This document shows, one piece after another, positions 46,037 to 61,876 of a stretch of DNA of 64,000 bases. The DNA lies in assembly GCF_009914755.1 (NCBI RefSeq), contig NC_060934.1; one strand, written 5' to 3'. Under the pieces are notes generated by a model. The model searched no databases and was not told the DNA's origin. It was given only the letters and a program-made list of their open reading frames with translations. This DNA is from the human T2T-CHM13v2.0 reference genome, Homo sapiens. A program made the position numbers and the translations under genes. Every line of letters starts with the position of its first letter. The first letter of the stretch is position 1.

Positions 46037-46640
46037 TGTGTGCCACAGTGGTTTGCTGCACTTATCAACCCATCACCTAGGTATTAAGCCCAGCATGTAT
46101 TAGCTATTTTTCCTGATGCTCTCCCTTCCCTCACCCCATGACAGGCCCCAGTGTGTGTTGTTTCCCTCCCTGTGTCCCTGTGCTCTCATTTTTCAGCTCC
46201 CATTTATAAGTGAAAACATGCGGTATTTGGTTTTCTGTTCCTGCATCAGTTTGCTAAGGATAATGGCTTCCAGCTCTATCCATGTCCCTGCAAATGACAT
46301 GATCTCATTCCTTTTTATGGCTGCATAGTATTCCATAGTGTATATGTACCACATTTTCTTTATCCAGTCTATCATTGATGGGCACTTGGGTTGATTCCAT
46401 GTCTTTGCTATTGTGGATAGTGTTGCTATGAACATACATGTACATGTATCTTTATAACAGAATGATTTATATTCCTTTGGGTATTTATCCAGTAATGGGA
46501 TTGTTGAGTCAAATGGTATTTCTGGTTCTAGGTCTTTGAGGAATCACCACACTGTCTTCCACAATGGTTGAACTAATTTACTTTCCCAACAACAGTGTAA
46601 AAGAGTTCCTATTTCTCAGCAGCCTCGCCAGCATCTGTTG
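46037..46640 (-). mobile_element. L1PA-type 3' fragment
   Basis: ORF 46193-46435 translates as the L1 ORF2 C-terminus (TWNQPKCPSMIDWIKKMWYIYTMEYYAAIK). Confidence 0.95.
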
Positions 46641-47546
46641 GAGAAACATATTTTCACAGGACCCCTAGGAGATCCACAGGCTGCTTCAGCCAATGAGAAA
46701 ACACAGAGAGAGATCTTTGGGAAGGAATGACTTCCAGTATCCTTTGAATCATAATCCTGAAACCTCCTTGTTGACGATTTTTAGCCTGGATCAACTATGG
46801 GAGTAACAAGACAGGGAAAAATGCATTGAAATAAAAAAAAAAAGCAAGCATAAAAACAATCTTAAAGAAGACAACCAAACCTGGTTTCTGCACAACATGA
46901 ACCACCAAACACGGTCCTTATGTTCAATGTCAGACATTTGCCTGCCACTTACTTTCAGTCTTCACCACTCCAACTGTGCAAATAAACAAGCAAGAATAAC
47001 TACTGGTGTCTAAATAAAGAAGTTATTCCCAGCAGTGGCTTAGAACCAAACCCAGAAGGTCTGAGACCCCAGTCCCTACTTTGCTCTCAAAGATCCTAAG
47101 CCAGGGTCAGCACACCTGGTAAATCTGGCTAACATCAAATGTCACTGATTACTACATAAACGCCTGACCTGGAAACTAGTTGGCACTTGTGCTCAGTTGA
47201 GATAAGGAGGGCTGCCACACTATTAATAGATTGAGTAGCTTTACAAAGTCTGGTTTGGTGGCACTGGAGGATTAACTGTGTTTTTTTTCCAAACACGTTA
47301 CTGGCGTGATCCCTTTGGGGGCAGCTTCCCTAGTTAGCAGTAACTCCCTGACAGGTGAGCTTCACCTCTGGGAGTGGAGGCAGCACAAGGAAATCTTGGC
47401 CTCAGGATTTCACAGCTCGTGGGTGATGGCTTATGGACTCAGCCTGGCCAGCAGGACCCCATTGAGCATGTATGTCTAAGGAGGTGCCCAGGTGATCGCT
47501 CCCTGCTGTTCCCAGACATATCAGTCTGGAGGGGCATCCTTGGTGA

Positions 47547-47889
<343 letters not shown>

Positions 47890-47929
47890 AAGCAGATAAT
47901 TTTTAAGCCTTATAATCAAAGTTCCATGT

Positions 47930-48593
47930 TGGATTAGTCTGTTGTTGCCCTGCTGTAAAGAAATACCTGAAAGGCTTTTTTTGGGCACCAGTGGGATTCC
48001 TATAAGCAAAGGCTTGGGGAAAAAGAAACACCAGGAAAACAAATTTTCTTCCTCACCTTGTCCCTTAAAATGTGTGCATGTATGTGTGTTTGCATGTGTA
48101 TATGTGAATATGACATGGAAACTGGGTAAATGAAGACAATTTTACTTCTTAATTAAGGTTAATGGCTTGATTTAGAAGTTCAGATCTCTGGAATTTTATT
48201 TTAAAATCTGACTAGACATGTGATATAGTTTATAAGGAAAGTTTATAATGATAATTTATAATGAAAAGAGGTTTAGTTGGCTCATGGTTCCATAGGTTTC
48301 CATAGGTTGTACAGGAAGCATGGCTGGGGAGGCCTCAGGAAACTTACAATTATGGTGGAAGGCAAAGGGGAAGCAGGTACGTTTTCACATGGTCAGAGCA
48401 GGAGGAAGAGAAGGGGGAGGTGCTGCACACTTTTAAACAACCAGATCTCGTGAGAACTCACTCACTATCACGAGAACAGCCAGGAAGAAATCTGCCCCCA
48501 TGATCCAATCACCTCCCACCAGGCCCCTCCTTCAGCATTCAGGATTACAATTTGAAATGAGATTTGGGTGGAAACACAAATCCAACTATATCA
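47930..48593 (-). mobile_element. MST solo LTR carrying an internal insertion
   Basis: tggattagtc...aactatatca with TSD catgt; interrupted at 47979-48230. Confidence 0.9.
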
Positions 48594-48812
48594 CATGTCT
48601 AGTCATATTTTAAAATAAAATGCTAGAGATCCAAACTTCTAAATCAAGCCATTGTCTTCATTTGCCCTGTTTCCATTTCATATTTACATGTACACACACA
48701 AACACACATAAATGAACACATTGTAAGGGACAAGGTGAGGAAGAAAATTTGTTTTCCTGGTATTTCTTTTTCCCCAAGCATTTGCTTATAGGAATCCCAC
48801 TGGTGCCCAAAA
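47979..48812. repeat. Inverted duplication (47979-48230 versus 48584-48812)
   Basis: Manual alignment gives about 17 mismatches over 229 nt plus one 23-nt indel. Confidence 0.97.
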
Positions 48813-48939
48813 TAGTCACTCTAAGCAGGTAATGCTTTGTCCTTGCCTGGGCAGATGCAGAGCCATGAGTGCTGCTAGCTGGAGAGGAAGGAGGACCCAG
48901 TACCTGGATAGTTCTTTTCCCTTTTTCCCTTCTTTTCTG

Positions 48940-49220
48940 GCAAAATCCCATTTATGCTTCCAGACCAGCTCAATGACATTTTAGGCTAGATAATTTTTTT
49001 TTTAACCCAGCTCAAGCTGAGCTACTCCTTCCTTCTGTAATCATGGCTGGATGTGTATATAGCTCGCTTGCAGACTGAGCACATTGTACCATAATGATTA
49101 TTTACATGTCTGTTTCACCAGTAAACCAGGAATTCCTTCCTGAGCTATTGTACCTCCAGCACCTAGCTCAGTGCGCAGCCACAGAGCAGCACAACACATA
49201 TCCACTGAATAAATGAATGC
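48940..49220 (+). mobile_element. L2 3' fragment
   Basis: cttccagaccagctcaa...tgtacctccagcacctagctcagtgc...ctgaataaatgaatg. Confidence 0.65.
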
Positions 49221-50319
49221 ATACCAGAATGTGGATTTGCTTATTCAATCCTTTCTAAGTGCCTGACCAGATTTTGGTGAGGGAGAGAAACTGACAGAAC
49301 CAAAGCACAGGAGTACCCAGGAGAGGCCGACTTAGGTGAGGACCAGAATCTCAATGTGCAGTGGTCAGAGGACAGCTATGGGTGCTGGAGGGGCATACCG
49401 TGTTAGAGGGACATGCCCCTGTAAATTTCCTCAGGTTATCTGAGAGAGGAATCTGTAACCTGGCCAAAGTCTGGGTTCTTTGGAAATGGAATAAAGGGGC
49501 AGGGAGATTTTAATGGCTGAAAAGGGAATAAATAAAAGCATGGGCTACTACCTTGGAGGACAAATTTAGGTGGGATTATACTGGAGGCACTGAGCCAGGC
49601 CAGCATAAAAGGGCTGAGGGGAAAGGGCAGAATGCACCTTGAACTTGACAAAACCTTGCAAAATGTCACCAACCTATTATTGGCTGACTCTTGCCCATCC
49701 TCCTCCTCTCCACCACCTAACATGCAGGCAGCTTTCACTGCTTTTGCAGCCCGCCTGACATGCCTACATAAATTGAGTAGAAATAATTTGTGTTTCAGTG
49801 GAAAAGTATGCTTTGTCTACACAGCACACACTTGAGGGTTATCTGATTCTAGCCCTGTTCATTGTCTGTGAGCTCTTTTGTACCTCTTTATATTGTAGGT
49901 AACTAACTGATAAATATGCAATCTTTGTCTTGCCTGGTAGAGATTCAATTATCTTTCCTCCTACCCTGTGGAAAAATCAGTTTGCCTCCATTTACATATT
50001 CATTTCAATATTGTGATCTAGAAATGTATGTTTTTCAATTCTCTTCTGAACTGGTTATAACATCTGCGTGGTTCCTTCATTGGTGGAGTAAAATAAAATC
50101 TTTGACCTATATTCATTTTGATATCTGCAGGAGAGTCGTGATTTTATTTATTTATGAAAACCCTTTTAACAATTGTGATTGCCTCTACTCCAAAATTTTG
50201 GTTGCTTTATTAAAAAGAAGCTTCCTCATTTTGTATCTGGAAAGTGATTGATGATATTTACATTGCACATTCATTATTATTGTGCAACAGAAAAAGCCTG
50301 TAACAAGAGACTCACAGGG

Positions 50320-50500
50320 GTCCTCAGTTCTGCCACTTACTAGGTGTTGGTCCTTGAGTAAGTTGCTTAATTTTGGGGGGCCTCAGTTTCTCCATCTGTG
50401 AAATGTGGCCACTGCGAGGATCAAGAGAGAATATAGATGAAAGTATGAGCAAGACTACAAAGGCTCTCAAATGAGAGCTATCCTCACTGTCATTACCACC
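50320..50500 (+). mobile_element. MIR
   Basis: ctgccacttactag...aagttgcttaa...gcctcagtttctccatctgtgaaatg. Confidence 0.8.
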
Positions 50501-51758
50501 TTTATGGAAGTAAGGAATTCCTGAAATTAGGTAAACTCGGCCTCTCCTGTTTCTGCCTCAGGCCATGAAACAGGCAAAGTTGTCTTTGGCAATGGACATT
50601 CCCTTGCACAAGGCCTGCCCTGAGAGTCACCCTGTCTTGCCCAACCTGCTCTCTCCCTCATCCCATCTCCTTCCCATCATTCCCTAGAGGCTCTACTGAA
50701 AGGTATTTATTTTGTAATTAATTCTTTCAAGGCCTTCCAAGGTGAAGATGGTCCCACCCTAATAAAGGCCAGGAGAGCTCTGAGAAGTCCTGCCTTCCTC
50801 TCACGAGAACAGCAGGCACCTTTCACAAAGACTTTCCAAGGGCCAGGCCCTCACCTGGACTGTCCGGCCCTAAGGAGAGACTCAAAGAAGGCTATGAGGC
50901 CAGGGGACAGCTTATGTAGTTTCCCCACCCAGGGGAAACAGGTGAGTTGGCTGCAGGGTGCTCCTTGACCACACCAGGCAGAGCCACCAGATGCCCAATG
51001 TCTGCCTTGCTTCAGGCAGTAAATAGGCCTGCTTATTCTCTTACAGCCACGTGCAGTACATTCAATTAAAAGAATTAATTTAAACAAGTAAAATGATGTT
51101 TCTCTTTTCTCTTTTCTCCCTCCATCCCCAGCCACACAAAATAATTTAATACCATGTTTACAAAGGGAAAGGAAATCTTCCTCAACAAGCATCGGGCCCT
51201 CACTCCAAAACTAGCATTTAAGAGTGTATTTTTAAAACCTCCAATTTTAAAATTGATCAATATCCCTCCGAATTTAAAGAGCCCATAATTTGTGAACTAA
51301 CAAATTCCACAACTAGCAATTTACCTGGTGGATATACCAGCAAAAACAGGCCAAAGATGTATGTACAAGGATGTTTCCTACAGCACAATTTGTAAACACC
51401 AAAACCAAACAAGCAACAGAGACAAAGACAAAATCCTAGAAACACTGAAATATCCATTAGCAGGAAATGTGGAGCTGGGTTTTATAAAATGTAGACCATC
51501 TATACAATAAATTCATATTTATGAACAAGGAGCCAGCATACCTGTATGTGCCAATGTGACAAAACCCCAAGGGAGATTATCAAATTTAAAAAACAAAGCA
51601 CAAAATGGTGCGTAGAGTATGGTCGCTTTTGGGAAATGAAGTGTATTTCTTCTGGAAGAACACAAGAACATGAAGAAACTGTTTTTGAGGAGATGCACTG
51701 GGAGTTAGGAAAGGAGGAAGTCTCTGCAAGAACCATTCAGATGGGAGCTATGTAGGTA

Positions 51759-51797
51759 TCAGGTTGGTGCAAAACTAATTGCGGTTTCTACCGTTCA
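51759..51797. mobile_element. Half MADE1 (single arm)
   Basis: tcaggttggtgcaaaactaattgcggtttctaccgtt; the second arm is absent. Confidence 0.8.
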
Positions 51798-51798
51798 C

Positions 51799-51825
51799 TA
51801 TATATAATATATATATTTACATATG

Positions 51826-51878
<53 letters not shown>

Positions 51879-52150
51879 GCTCTGTCATCCAGGCAGGGCT
51901 CAGTGGTGCAATCACAGCTCACCGTAGCCTCAACCTCTCAGACTCAAGCGATTCTCCTACCTCAGCCTCTCAGAGCAGCTGGAACTACAGGTGCACACCA
52001 CCATGCACAGCTAATTGTTTTCTGTTTTTTGTAGAGATGGGGTCTCGCTATTTGGCCTGGGCTGGTCTTGAACCCCTGGGCTCAAGTGATCTTCCCGCTT
52101 TTGCCTTTGAAAGTGGTGGGATTACAGGCATGAGCCACCATGCCTGGCCT
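51799..52150 (-). mobile_element. AluJ with (TA)n/(TG)n microsatellite at its tail
   Basis: Antisense degenerate dimer preceded by TA and TG runs. Confidence 0.9.
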
Positions 52151-52377
52151 TGTGTGACTTGAGTTCAAAATAATTTTTAAAAGCGTTTCCATATTTTTAA
52201 GAAACTAATAATTATTTTTAATACCTCCAAAAGATATGAGTGTGTGACTTGTAAAAAGTTTTAGGGAATAGGTTTAGAAATTTCTTGTTGTTGTTGTTAC
52301 AAAATGAACCTGAGTAAGTAGAAAGTAATTTTCACCAAAATGTTCAATTTTGCCAGTAGGCAAAAAGGTTTTGTGAG

Positions 52378-53050
52378 TTTGTTAGGCTATTCTTGCATTG
52401 CTACAAAGAAACATTCGAGACTGGGTAAGTGATAAAGAAAAAATATTAGTTGGCCCACGGTTCTACAGGCTATACAGGAAGCATAGCGGCATCTGCTTCT
52501 GGGGACACTTCAGGAAGCTTCCAATCATGGTATAAGGCAAAGGGGGAAGGAACAGGCACATCACATGGCAAAAGCAGGAGAAAGGGAGACTGGGGGGAGA
52601 TTTTAAACAACCAGAGATCACAATAGTTCACTCACCACTATCACAAGAACAGCACCCAGTGGATCACCTGAGGTCAGGAGTCCCAGACCAGCCCTGACCA
52701 ACATGGTGAAACCCCGTCTCCACTAAAAATACAAAAAATTAGCTGAGCGTGGTGGCGGGCAACTGTAATTCCAGCTATTCGGGAGGCTGAGGCAGGAGAA
52801 TCCCTTGAACTGGGAGACAGAGGTTGCAGGGAGTGGAGATAGCACCACTGCACTCCAGCCTGGTCAGTAGAGTGAGACTCCGTCTCAAAAAAACACACAA
52901 AAAAAGAACAGCACCCAGGGGATGGCGCTAAAGCATTCATGAGAAATCCGCCCCCATGATCCAGTCACCTCCCACCAGGCCCCACCTCCAACAATGGGGG
53001 CTACATTTCAACCTGACATTTGGGTAGGGACATACATTTAAACCATATCA
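52378..53050 (-). mobile_element. MST solo LTR interrupted by an Alu
   Basis: gttaggctattcttgcattgct...aaaccatatca with TSD gtgag. Confidence 0.9.
52660..52903 (+). mobile_element. 5'-truncated AluS nested in MST
   Basis: Perfect 15-bp TSD aagaacagcacccag. Confidence 0.95.
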
Positions 53051-53519
53051 GTGAGTTAGAGCAATTCAACTTGGTCTACCTTGCAGAAACAATGTTCAGT
53101 GTGAACCCATGCAAAGAATAGCAATAAAGCAAGCCAAAGAATTCTACAGAATCTCAAAATGTCGTCATCAAAACCTTTACCTTCCTTTGGAAATTGACAT
53201 GCACCAAAGTATAAACAAATCAACAGGCTCATTTAATCTCCCTGCCACCTTTTCTGAAGTGAGTCTGCTGGCATACCAAGATAAATGTATGGTGTCACCT
53301 GCCAAAACAAACAAATGCTTAAAAAGCCTTCACCCAGAAAGAATAGTTTCACCTTAGGAACTATTCTTAATAGTTAACAAGATAAAATTTCAAGTGACAA
53401 TTCAAAACTTTCTGTTTGTGTCTTGATACAATATCAAAAGAGTATAATGCGATATCTAGGAAGATGTGAAACAAATGCAAAAAAGTATTTCTCAGTCATC
53501 CAAGAATTGAGAATTTTCC

Positions 53520-55030
53520 CAATGTTAAAGTGGTCTCTTATCAATGGATTGCCCATGTCATAGAAAAAAGGCTGGATAACCACTTTACAATATACAAACA
53601 AATAAATTCCAAATGCATTAAAAATCATAATAGGAAAAGTCAAACTGAAACTTTTAGAAGAGAATACAGAATAGCTTTAATGAATTCATAGCAAGAAAGA
53701 ATTTCTTAAACGGGTCAAAAAACTCAAATCATAAAGAAAATATTTAATAAAATTGGCTATATTAAAATTTAAAATTTCTGGCTGGATGTGATGGCCCACG
53801 CCTGTAATCCAGCACTTTGGGAGGCCAAGGTGGGCAGATCACTTGAGCCCAGGGGTTTGAGACCAGCCTGGGCAACATGGAGAAGCCCCATCTCTACAAA
53901 AAATACAAAAGTTAGCCAGGCATGGTGGCTCATGCCTGTATTCCTAGCTACCCGGGAAGTCAAGGCTACAGTGAGCCATGATCATGCCACATTGCACTCC
54001 AGCCTGGGCAACAGAGCAAGACCTTTTCTCAAAAATAAATAAATAAAATTTCTGTTCAAAAACAGCCACCATAAAAACAAACTGGGAGATGTGTAAAATA
54101 TACAACAAAGAATGAACATCCAGAATTTACAAACAACACCTACAAGTCAATTTTAAAAAGACAGAGTAATCTATTGGAAAATGGATAAAGATACTAATAG
54201 TCGGTTCACAACTGAGGAAAAGCAAATGACTGTAATCATATGAAAATGTGTTATTCAGACTCATTAGTAATCAGGAAAAGGAAAATTAAAACTAAAGTAA
54301 GATTTTGCATACTCAAACTTGACAATGGCAAGTGTTGACAAATTTGTGGAGAAACGGGAACGCTTTTATACTGCTGGTAATATAAACCCACACAGGCACT
54401 CTGAAGAGGAAAATTTTAATATCTAATAAAGCAAAGGTGCACAAATCCGAAACCCCAATAGTTCCTCTCTGTTTATGCACGCTGCATCAGGAAGACACAT
54501 GTAAGCATGTTCATTGCATCATTATTGTAATGGCAAGACATTGAAGGGAGGGAGTATCTAAATATCCATCAACATTAAGAACGGGTAAATAATGACATAG
54601 TCATAAAATACGATAAGGCAGTAAAAAAAAAAAAAAAAAAGAGTGAGCTATAGCAACATGTACCAACATGAATTAATCTGAAAGACAAAATGGAGAGCCA
54701 AAAAAAAAAAAAAATAGAAAAAACAAAAAGCAAGCTGTGGATGCTTTTATATTAAGGGTAAAAATGTGCAAAGCTGTGATGTGTATTGTTCGTCTACATA
54801 TATATGTGAGAATACTCTAAAAGCATGATAGTGAGAACACCAAATTCAATTACCTCTGGGCAGAGGAGATTTAAGTGATCTGGGAGGGGCCTGTAGGAGA
54901 ATTCAGCTGTATTTGTAACATTTTATTTCTTAAAACAATCTGAAGTATGGCAAAACTGTAACATTCTATATAGCAGGGTGCATATCATGCTTTTTCTGTT
55001 CTTTTCTGTATGTTCCAAACACTTTTTATT
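53520..55030 (+). mobile_element. Old L1ME-type fragment
   Basis: Degenerate L1 3' motifs (aaacttttagaagagaata, tcattagtaatcagg, atgttcattgca, aaatatccatcaac). Confidence 0.7.
53780..54047 (+). mobile_element. Alu (AluJ-like) with internal deletion
   Basis: TSD taaaatttctg. Confidence 0.9.
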
Positions 55031-56147
55031 TTAAAGTGCTCATGAAGTAATGTTTTCCAATATGCAGTTAAGGAGTCCATCCATGCATTCATTCATTCAT
55101 TCAAATATACTGAGCATAAGCAGGCACCTTTCTAGGTACTGCAACAGTAACATTTACTCTGCGTAGCCAAGTTACAGGCCTGTGCTAAGCATCTTACATG
55201 CTTTAGCTCTTTTAATCCTAATTTCATCCTCATGCTCTCATGAGGAAAGTGAGGCCTAGGGAAAGTACTTGACCAAGGTCTCACAGTGAGCAAGTAGCAG
55301 AACTAAGATATGACCCAGAAGGACTCCAAAGCCAATGTTCTCCACCATGACGCTCCACATCCAGAGGCTTAAATGCATGGATACACCCTGAGCTCCAAAA
55401 CATGCTGGCCCTTCCACTCAGCCTGGCAGCACCACCCTGTTCTCACGCTGACCACACCATCAAACTCTAAGGCTCCAGGGAAATGAGGACTCTATTTTAA
55501 AAAGATTAAGGGCTTCTGGTCTCTCATGACCAGAGCTAATTATCTCTAGTATAAAAATACCCCAAGGGCCAAATCTGGAAGTAATTTGCACAGTCCAATT
55601 CCCAAATTGAAACAGAAGCTACTGAATGAGTGTTTAAGTTCTTTGATTGTGAATGACCATGACTGCCCTAAGGACACAGGACATAGGAAACTGTGTGGCT
55701 TGGGTAAGGAATGGAATCTGGACACAAATCCAAGGTGTTTCTGAAACCCACGACTGAGAAAATGAGACCATACAACCATATTTTGAGAAATAGGGAAAAG
55801 GCAATATTCTGATGGTACTGAAGTTTGCTAGGCAAAACTCCCTTCTAATGGTTTTGCCTGTGGTCCACTGCTCTGCTAATAAAAAGCCATGTTATTCAGC
55901 TTGGCCAGTACAATTACTGGGTAAAAAACAAGCCAATGAAAAAACAACAGTTTTCTCACTCTTTAAGCCACTTCACTAGAATACAAACGTTTTGAGAACA
56001 GGGGCATTATTATGTCAGTTAACTTTCATTTCATTCAAATAAGTCAACCTAATTCAGTGGCTTTCTATTCTTCATCCAAAAACTCCTTTACTTTTCATAC
56101 AAACGGTTGTATTTCTTTTCTGAAATAATGTGAACACAAAGAATTTA

Positions 56148-56568
<421 letters not shown>

Positions 56569-57174
56569 TCACCAAGAGAAATCTGGAGCCACTGGACTTA
56601 ATGAAACTATTGATGGATTATGTAACTGATCCCTAAATTACACAAATTAGAGCTAAGTTCATAGCCAACCAATGGCAAGTATATGGATCTTTAAAGAATA
56701 ATACTGGTTTTATTCATAAATCAATTAAATATCTATATGATTTTTTCAACTTTCTCATCGACTTTGTTTTTGAGATACAACGTACATATCAACTCACCCT
56801 TTTAAAGTGTACAATTTAGTGGTTTTTGGTATATTCAAGCAGTTGTGCAACCATCACTACTACCTAATTCTGTAATACTTCATCACACCAAAATAAAACC
56901 TTGTGTCCATTTGCAGTCACTCCTCATTCCCCCTCCTCCAGGCCATGGCAACCACTAGTCTACTTTTTGTCCCTAGGCATTTACCTATTCTGGATATTTC
57001 ATGTAAATAGAATCACACAATATCTGATCTTTGGTGCTGGTCTCTTTCACTTAGTGTGTTTTCAAGGTCCATCCATATTATAGCATGCATGAGCTCTACT
57101 TAATTCCTTTTCACTGTTGAATAATATACCATTGTACGGATACACCACATTTTGTTTATCTATTCACCAGTTGA

Positions 57175-57549
<375 letters not shown>

Positions 57550-57551
57550 AT

Positions 57552-58013
<462 letters not shown>

Positions 58014-58122
58014 AGTGCATAATGTTTTCAGTCCTCTTGGTTATACAGCTTGGAGTGGAATTGCTAGGTCACATAGTAACTCTATATTTAACTTTTTGAG
58101 GAACTGCCAAATTGTTCTCTAA

Positions 58123-58419
<297 letters not shown>

Positions 58420-59954
58420 TAATGGCTAATGATGTCGAACATCTTTTCATGTGCTAGTTGGTCATTTCTATGTCTCTTTGTAGAAAGGTCTATTCAAGTC
58501 CCTTGCAAATTTTAAAATTAGGTTATCTGTGGGTTTTTTGGTTGAGTTATAACAGTTCTTTATATATTCTGAAAAATAGACCCTTATCAGATATATGATT
58601 TGCAAATATTTTTTCCCATTCTGTAGGTTGCAATTTTGCTTTCTCAATAATGTCATTTAAAGCACAAAAGATTATGATTTTGATGAAATCTATTCCATTT
58701 ATTTTTTCCTTGGTTGCTTGTGCTAAGAAATCGTTGCCTAGTCCAAAGTCATAAAGATTTATACCTATGTTTTTTTCTATCTCACTTACTTTTAGTTATG
58801 CTACCATGGTATCTTTTATACATCATTATAAACTGCCTTAAATTATTTCTAGAAAAAAGGAAAAGATTAATAAATTAATTTTGAAGCCATAGTCACTGAA
58901 AAGGCCAACTATATAAATTACTTTAATACATGGAAATATCTACGACAAATAATCCTTAAACACAAAACTAAAGAAGATAAAACTCAAAATGTAGAAGTGA
59001 ATTTTTTGCATTGACTCATGCTCCAACTGAACTTCAGGTGATATAAACCTCATTTAATGTTCAGATTCTCTCATCTATATTATTATGTCCATCTAGCGTA
59101 AATATAATAATTAAGAATGTGCTGGAATCACTGATTCCATATTATGAATCCTAAAAGTGGCTCGATTATGTTGTGGAGAGCCATGAGTGTAGTTACAGAA
59201 TTTGGACTTTGCTCTGTAAGCAAAACTGCTTAGAAGGGTTTTCAGCAAGGAAGTGACACAATCTCATTGGTAAGTTAGAAAGATTGGGTGGGATGCCAGG
59301 TACAGTGTGAATCAGGTACTAGTAGGTGATAGGTGATTGATAGGTCCAGGGTGGAAGAACAGAGGGAACAGAGTCCTAATCAAAGACCACAGGGAAAACA
59401 GCAACTATTCTGAATCCTTTGAATTTTTATGCAATACAAAGTAGGACCAAAAAAATTGCCCTTTAGAACAAAATAACCTAATGCTCATGGGGCTTGAGCA
59501 TATGTAATTCAGCTACTGTAATGCTGTACCCCGAGCAAAAACATGTCCTTTGAAGATTTAAAGTTTAGTCTCTGAAATTAATTTAATCAGACATGCTAAA
59601 CAATGTAAAAGTCAGCCTTCTTGTAGCATGCTGAGCTAAAGTTATTTATTTATGTTCTGAACTGGACCCTACTGAGATAAATCCTTCAAGATGTCACACC
59701 CCATTTTCTTCAGTACCCAGGAACACAGGTAGTGCCTGGGGAAATCAATTAATAACATCCAGATTCAGTATTCTTATAATTAGATAAAGGATGTGTTTGC
59801 TCCCAATAAGTCGCAGACCAGGTACATCTGCCAGATACCACCTGTATCAGAAACATACGCCTCCACTGCTGATTTGTTCTATAAAAATGTTTCTGGCATT
59901 TCATTCTTCTTTTATATTTTAACCAACAACTCCAGATTTGAGAACCTTGCAACT

Positions 59955-60269
<315 letters not shown>

Positions 60270-60284
60270 TGACCTTGCAACTTT

Positions 60285-60970
60285 AATAGCTGGATTCAGT
60301 AACTCTAACTGGTCTTCCTGCCTTTGTTCCCTGCCCCAGCTCCTTGTCACCTAATCTAATTCACCCTATAACTGGTTCTCCACCAAATCTCCCTAAAATA
60401 CCACTTAGATGATGGCACTCCCTTGCTCAAAACCTTCAAAATGCCTTTCTGTTTACACAGCTAAATCCATAACCTCACATTCGTGCCCTCCATAATGTGG
60501 TCCTAACCCAGGTTTCCAACCTTACTCCAATGACACTCTCCCAAAGTCTCCATTCTAGCCAAATTGGTTTCCTTCAGTTTCTCCCAGACAATTCTTCAAC
60601 ACAACACCCCCGCAACTCTCACACCTTGTTCCCCCAATCCTCCTTCTCTGGAAGGCCCACCTCACCCTCTGTTTTCCAAATCCTTTGCAATGATCTGCAA
60701 ATATTTTCTCAGCTCAACTCCTTGGGAGAGGAAGACTTCCCAGACCACTGGGCACATAATAAGGTTGTGTGCTTTCCTGCCCGTGACATGACTTATCCTG
60801 GCACCAAATCCTCATCTGATAATTTTACATGGATTATTGAATTTTCAAAAGGGATAAATCCTCTTCACAACCAAACGGGAGGTTTCCTGAGGGTTGGGTT
60901 TCTTTGGTATGTATCTCACACTGCCCAACAGAATGCCCTTCATCTAGCGATAACTTAGTAAATAACTAAT
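60285..60970 (+). mobile_element. L2, degenerate
   Basis: ctaactggtcttcctgcc...cactcccttgctcaaaaccttcaa...; C/T-rich. Confidence 0.65.
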
Positions 60971-61558
60971 AAGTAAACATACGCAAAATAGGCTTACTAA
61001 ATAGCTAATAATTAAGTAAACGTAGGAAAGTTCTTGGCTGGAAGAGCTTTAAAGTGAGAACATGCTACCTACACTGGTTCCAGCATGGACTTAAAGGGGC
61101 TTATGTGACTACATAAAATGCAGCAAGTTAGCAAGTACAGCCTTGGAATTCTTTTCTTTTTCTCTACCATGTACAAAATGCAATTCTAGGCACTTCAAAG
61201 GTTTACAAAGACAAGATAGATTCTTGAGTCCCTGACCTCAAGAAGTCCCCAGTTGAGTAGGCTAGCACAAGCCCCTGATTACTTACTGTAATATGTTTCA
61301 GACACTGGAATAACATGAAGAGAGGAAGGCAGGCAGATGCCTGGGCTAATGATGAAGAGTCTCAGTCTAAACAGCAATGGTTTCCTCAGGTATCTAAGAT
61401 TATTATTTTGTAGCACAATCGAGTACAGATAGGCCTCTAGTGAAATGTCCTTTATTTCTTTGAACACAGAAAAACAACAATAAAAAAATTCTAATTTCTG
61501 TATGTTAGAGGGATTTGGGAGCCAACTGGGAGCCAATCCCATGGTTTTTTTGTTTTAG

Positions 61559-61876
<318 letters not shown>

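Noticed and set aside
47942-48951. Two similar ORFs (LGTSGIPISK...) on opposite strands as paralogous small genes
   Set aside because: The similarity is a by-product of the inverted duplication.
50980-51000. CTCF-like ccaccagatgccca
   Set aside because: Mismatch in the core GGC; too weak by eye.
60497-60958. 153-aa ORF
   Set aside because: It lies in a degenerate L2, starts at GTG and has no recognisable domain.
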